64,000 bases of DNA, taken from Balanoglossus misakiensis (lineage: Eukaryota > Animalia > Hemichordata). The position numbers and the translations under genes were made by a program. The notes below the pieces were generated by a model that was given only the letters and a program-made list of their open reading frames with translations, was not told the origin of the DNA and made no database searches. Each line of letters opens with the position of its first letter. Position 1 is the stretch's first letter. This document shows, in pieces, positions 63,691 through 64,000 of this stretch. The stretch lies in the NCBI GenBank assembly GCA_040954595.2, contig CM082582.2, positions 2,278,303 to 2,342,302 of the forward strand, given 5' to 3'.

Positions 63691-64000
63691 ATCCTCCACC
63701 CTGACTAATTAAATATGCACATATCTATCTCCAGGCGAACCAATAGGGCTAGCAGTGTCTCGAAACCCGCTTATTGCTGTTCACAGCTATATTTGGCCTT
63801 GTAACTGTCATAAGTCGCTGGCTATGAAACAGACACTCTATTCGACAAAAGTGCATTTTCCGTCATTAATCTCTATAATAAAACTGGCACAACTATCTGT
63901 AACTTGTGACTATTTTGTCAGTTTTATTGTTCTGTGTGTAAACCATGGTTTCTTGTTCGGCTCCCTATATCAGGATTAGTATTTGTCTTCTCAACTCTAC

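Larger units (their letters stand above)
56575..63793 (+). mobile_element. Outer non-autonomous Helentron (element C) containing three nested elements and a satellite array
   Basis: Left end tt-agggtttcgagacc-ctct-ggtctcgaaaccct. Right end gtctcgaaaccc-gcttatt-gctgttcacagc-tatatt. The subterminal IR matches only this pair. Confidence 0.85.

Overview
AT-rich, intron-containing, transposon-dense eukaryotic DNA. The repeat families suggest a marine invertebrate (inference only). (1) 1-14.8 kb is a nest of rolling-circle transposons: an intact autonomous Helentron (2445-aa OTU + Rep/HUH + Pif1 helicase + AP-endonuclease ORF) sits inside two non-autonomous Helentron elements, which abut or interrupt a LINE. 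(2) 15.4-37.6 kb holds a minus-strand spliced ankyrin-ROC-COR (Roco/DAPK-like) gene. Its 16 ankyrin repeats are each on a separate 99/102-nt phase-0 exon. Fourteen are near-identical cassettes whose differences cluster at predicted binding-face codons. The gene also carries a full-length LINE with a 2A ribosome-skipping motif, a 2.2-kb tandem duplication and an in-frame TGA just before the P-loop. (3) 36-56 kb contains MITEs, a CACTG-ended element and two copies of a CR1/L2-group LINE. (4) 56.6-63.8 kb is a four-element nest of non-autonomous Helentrons ending in a 237-bp satellite array. All exon and element boundaries were read by eye and need alignment or RNA-seq confirmation.
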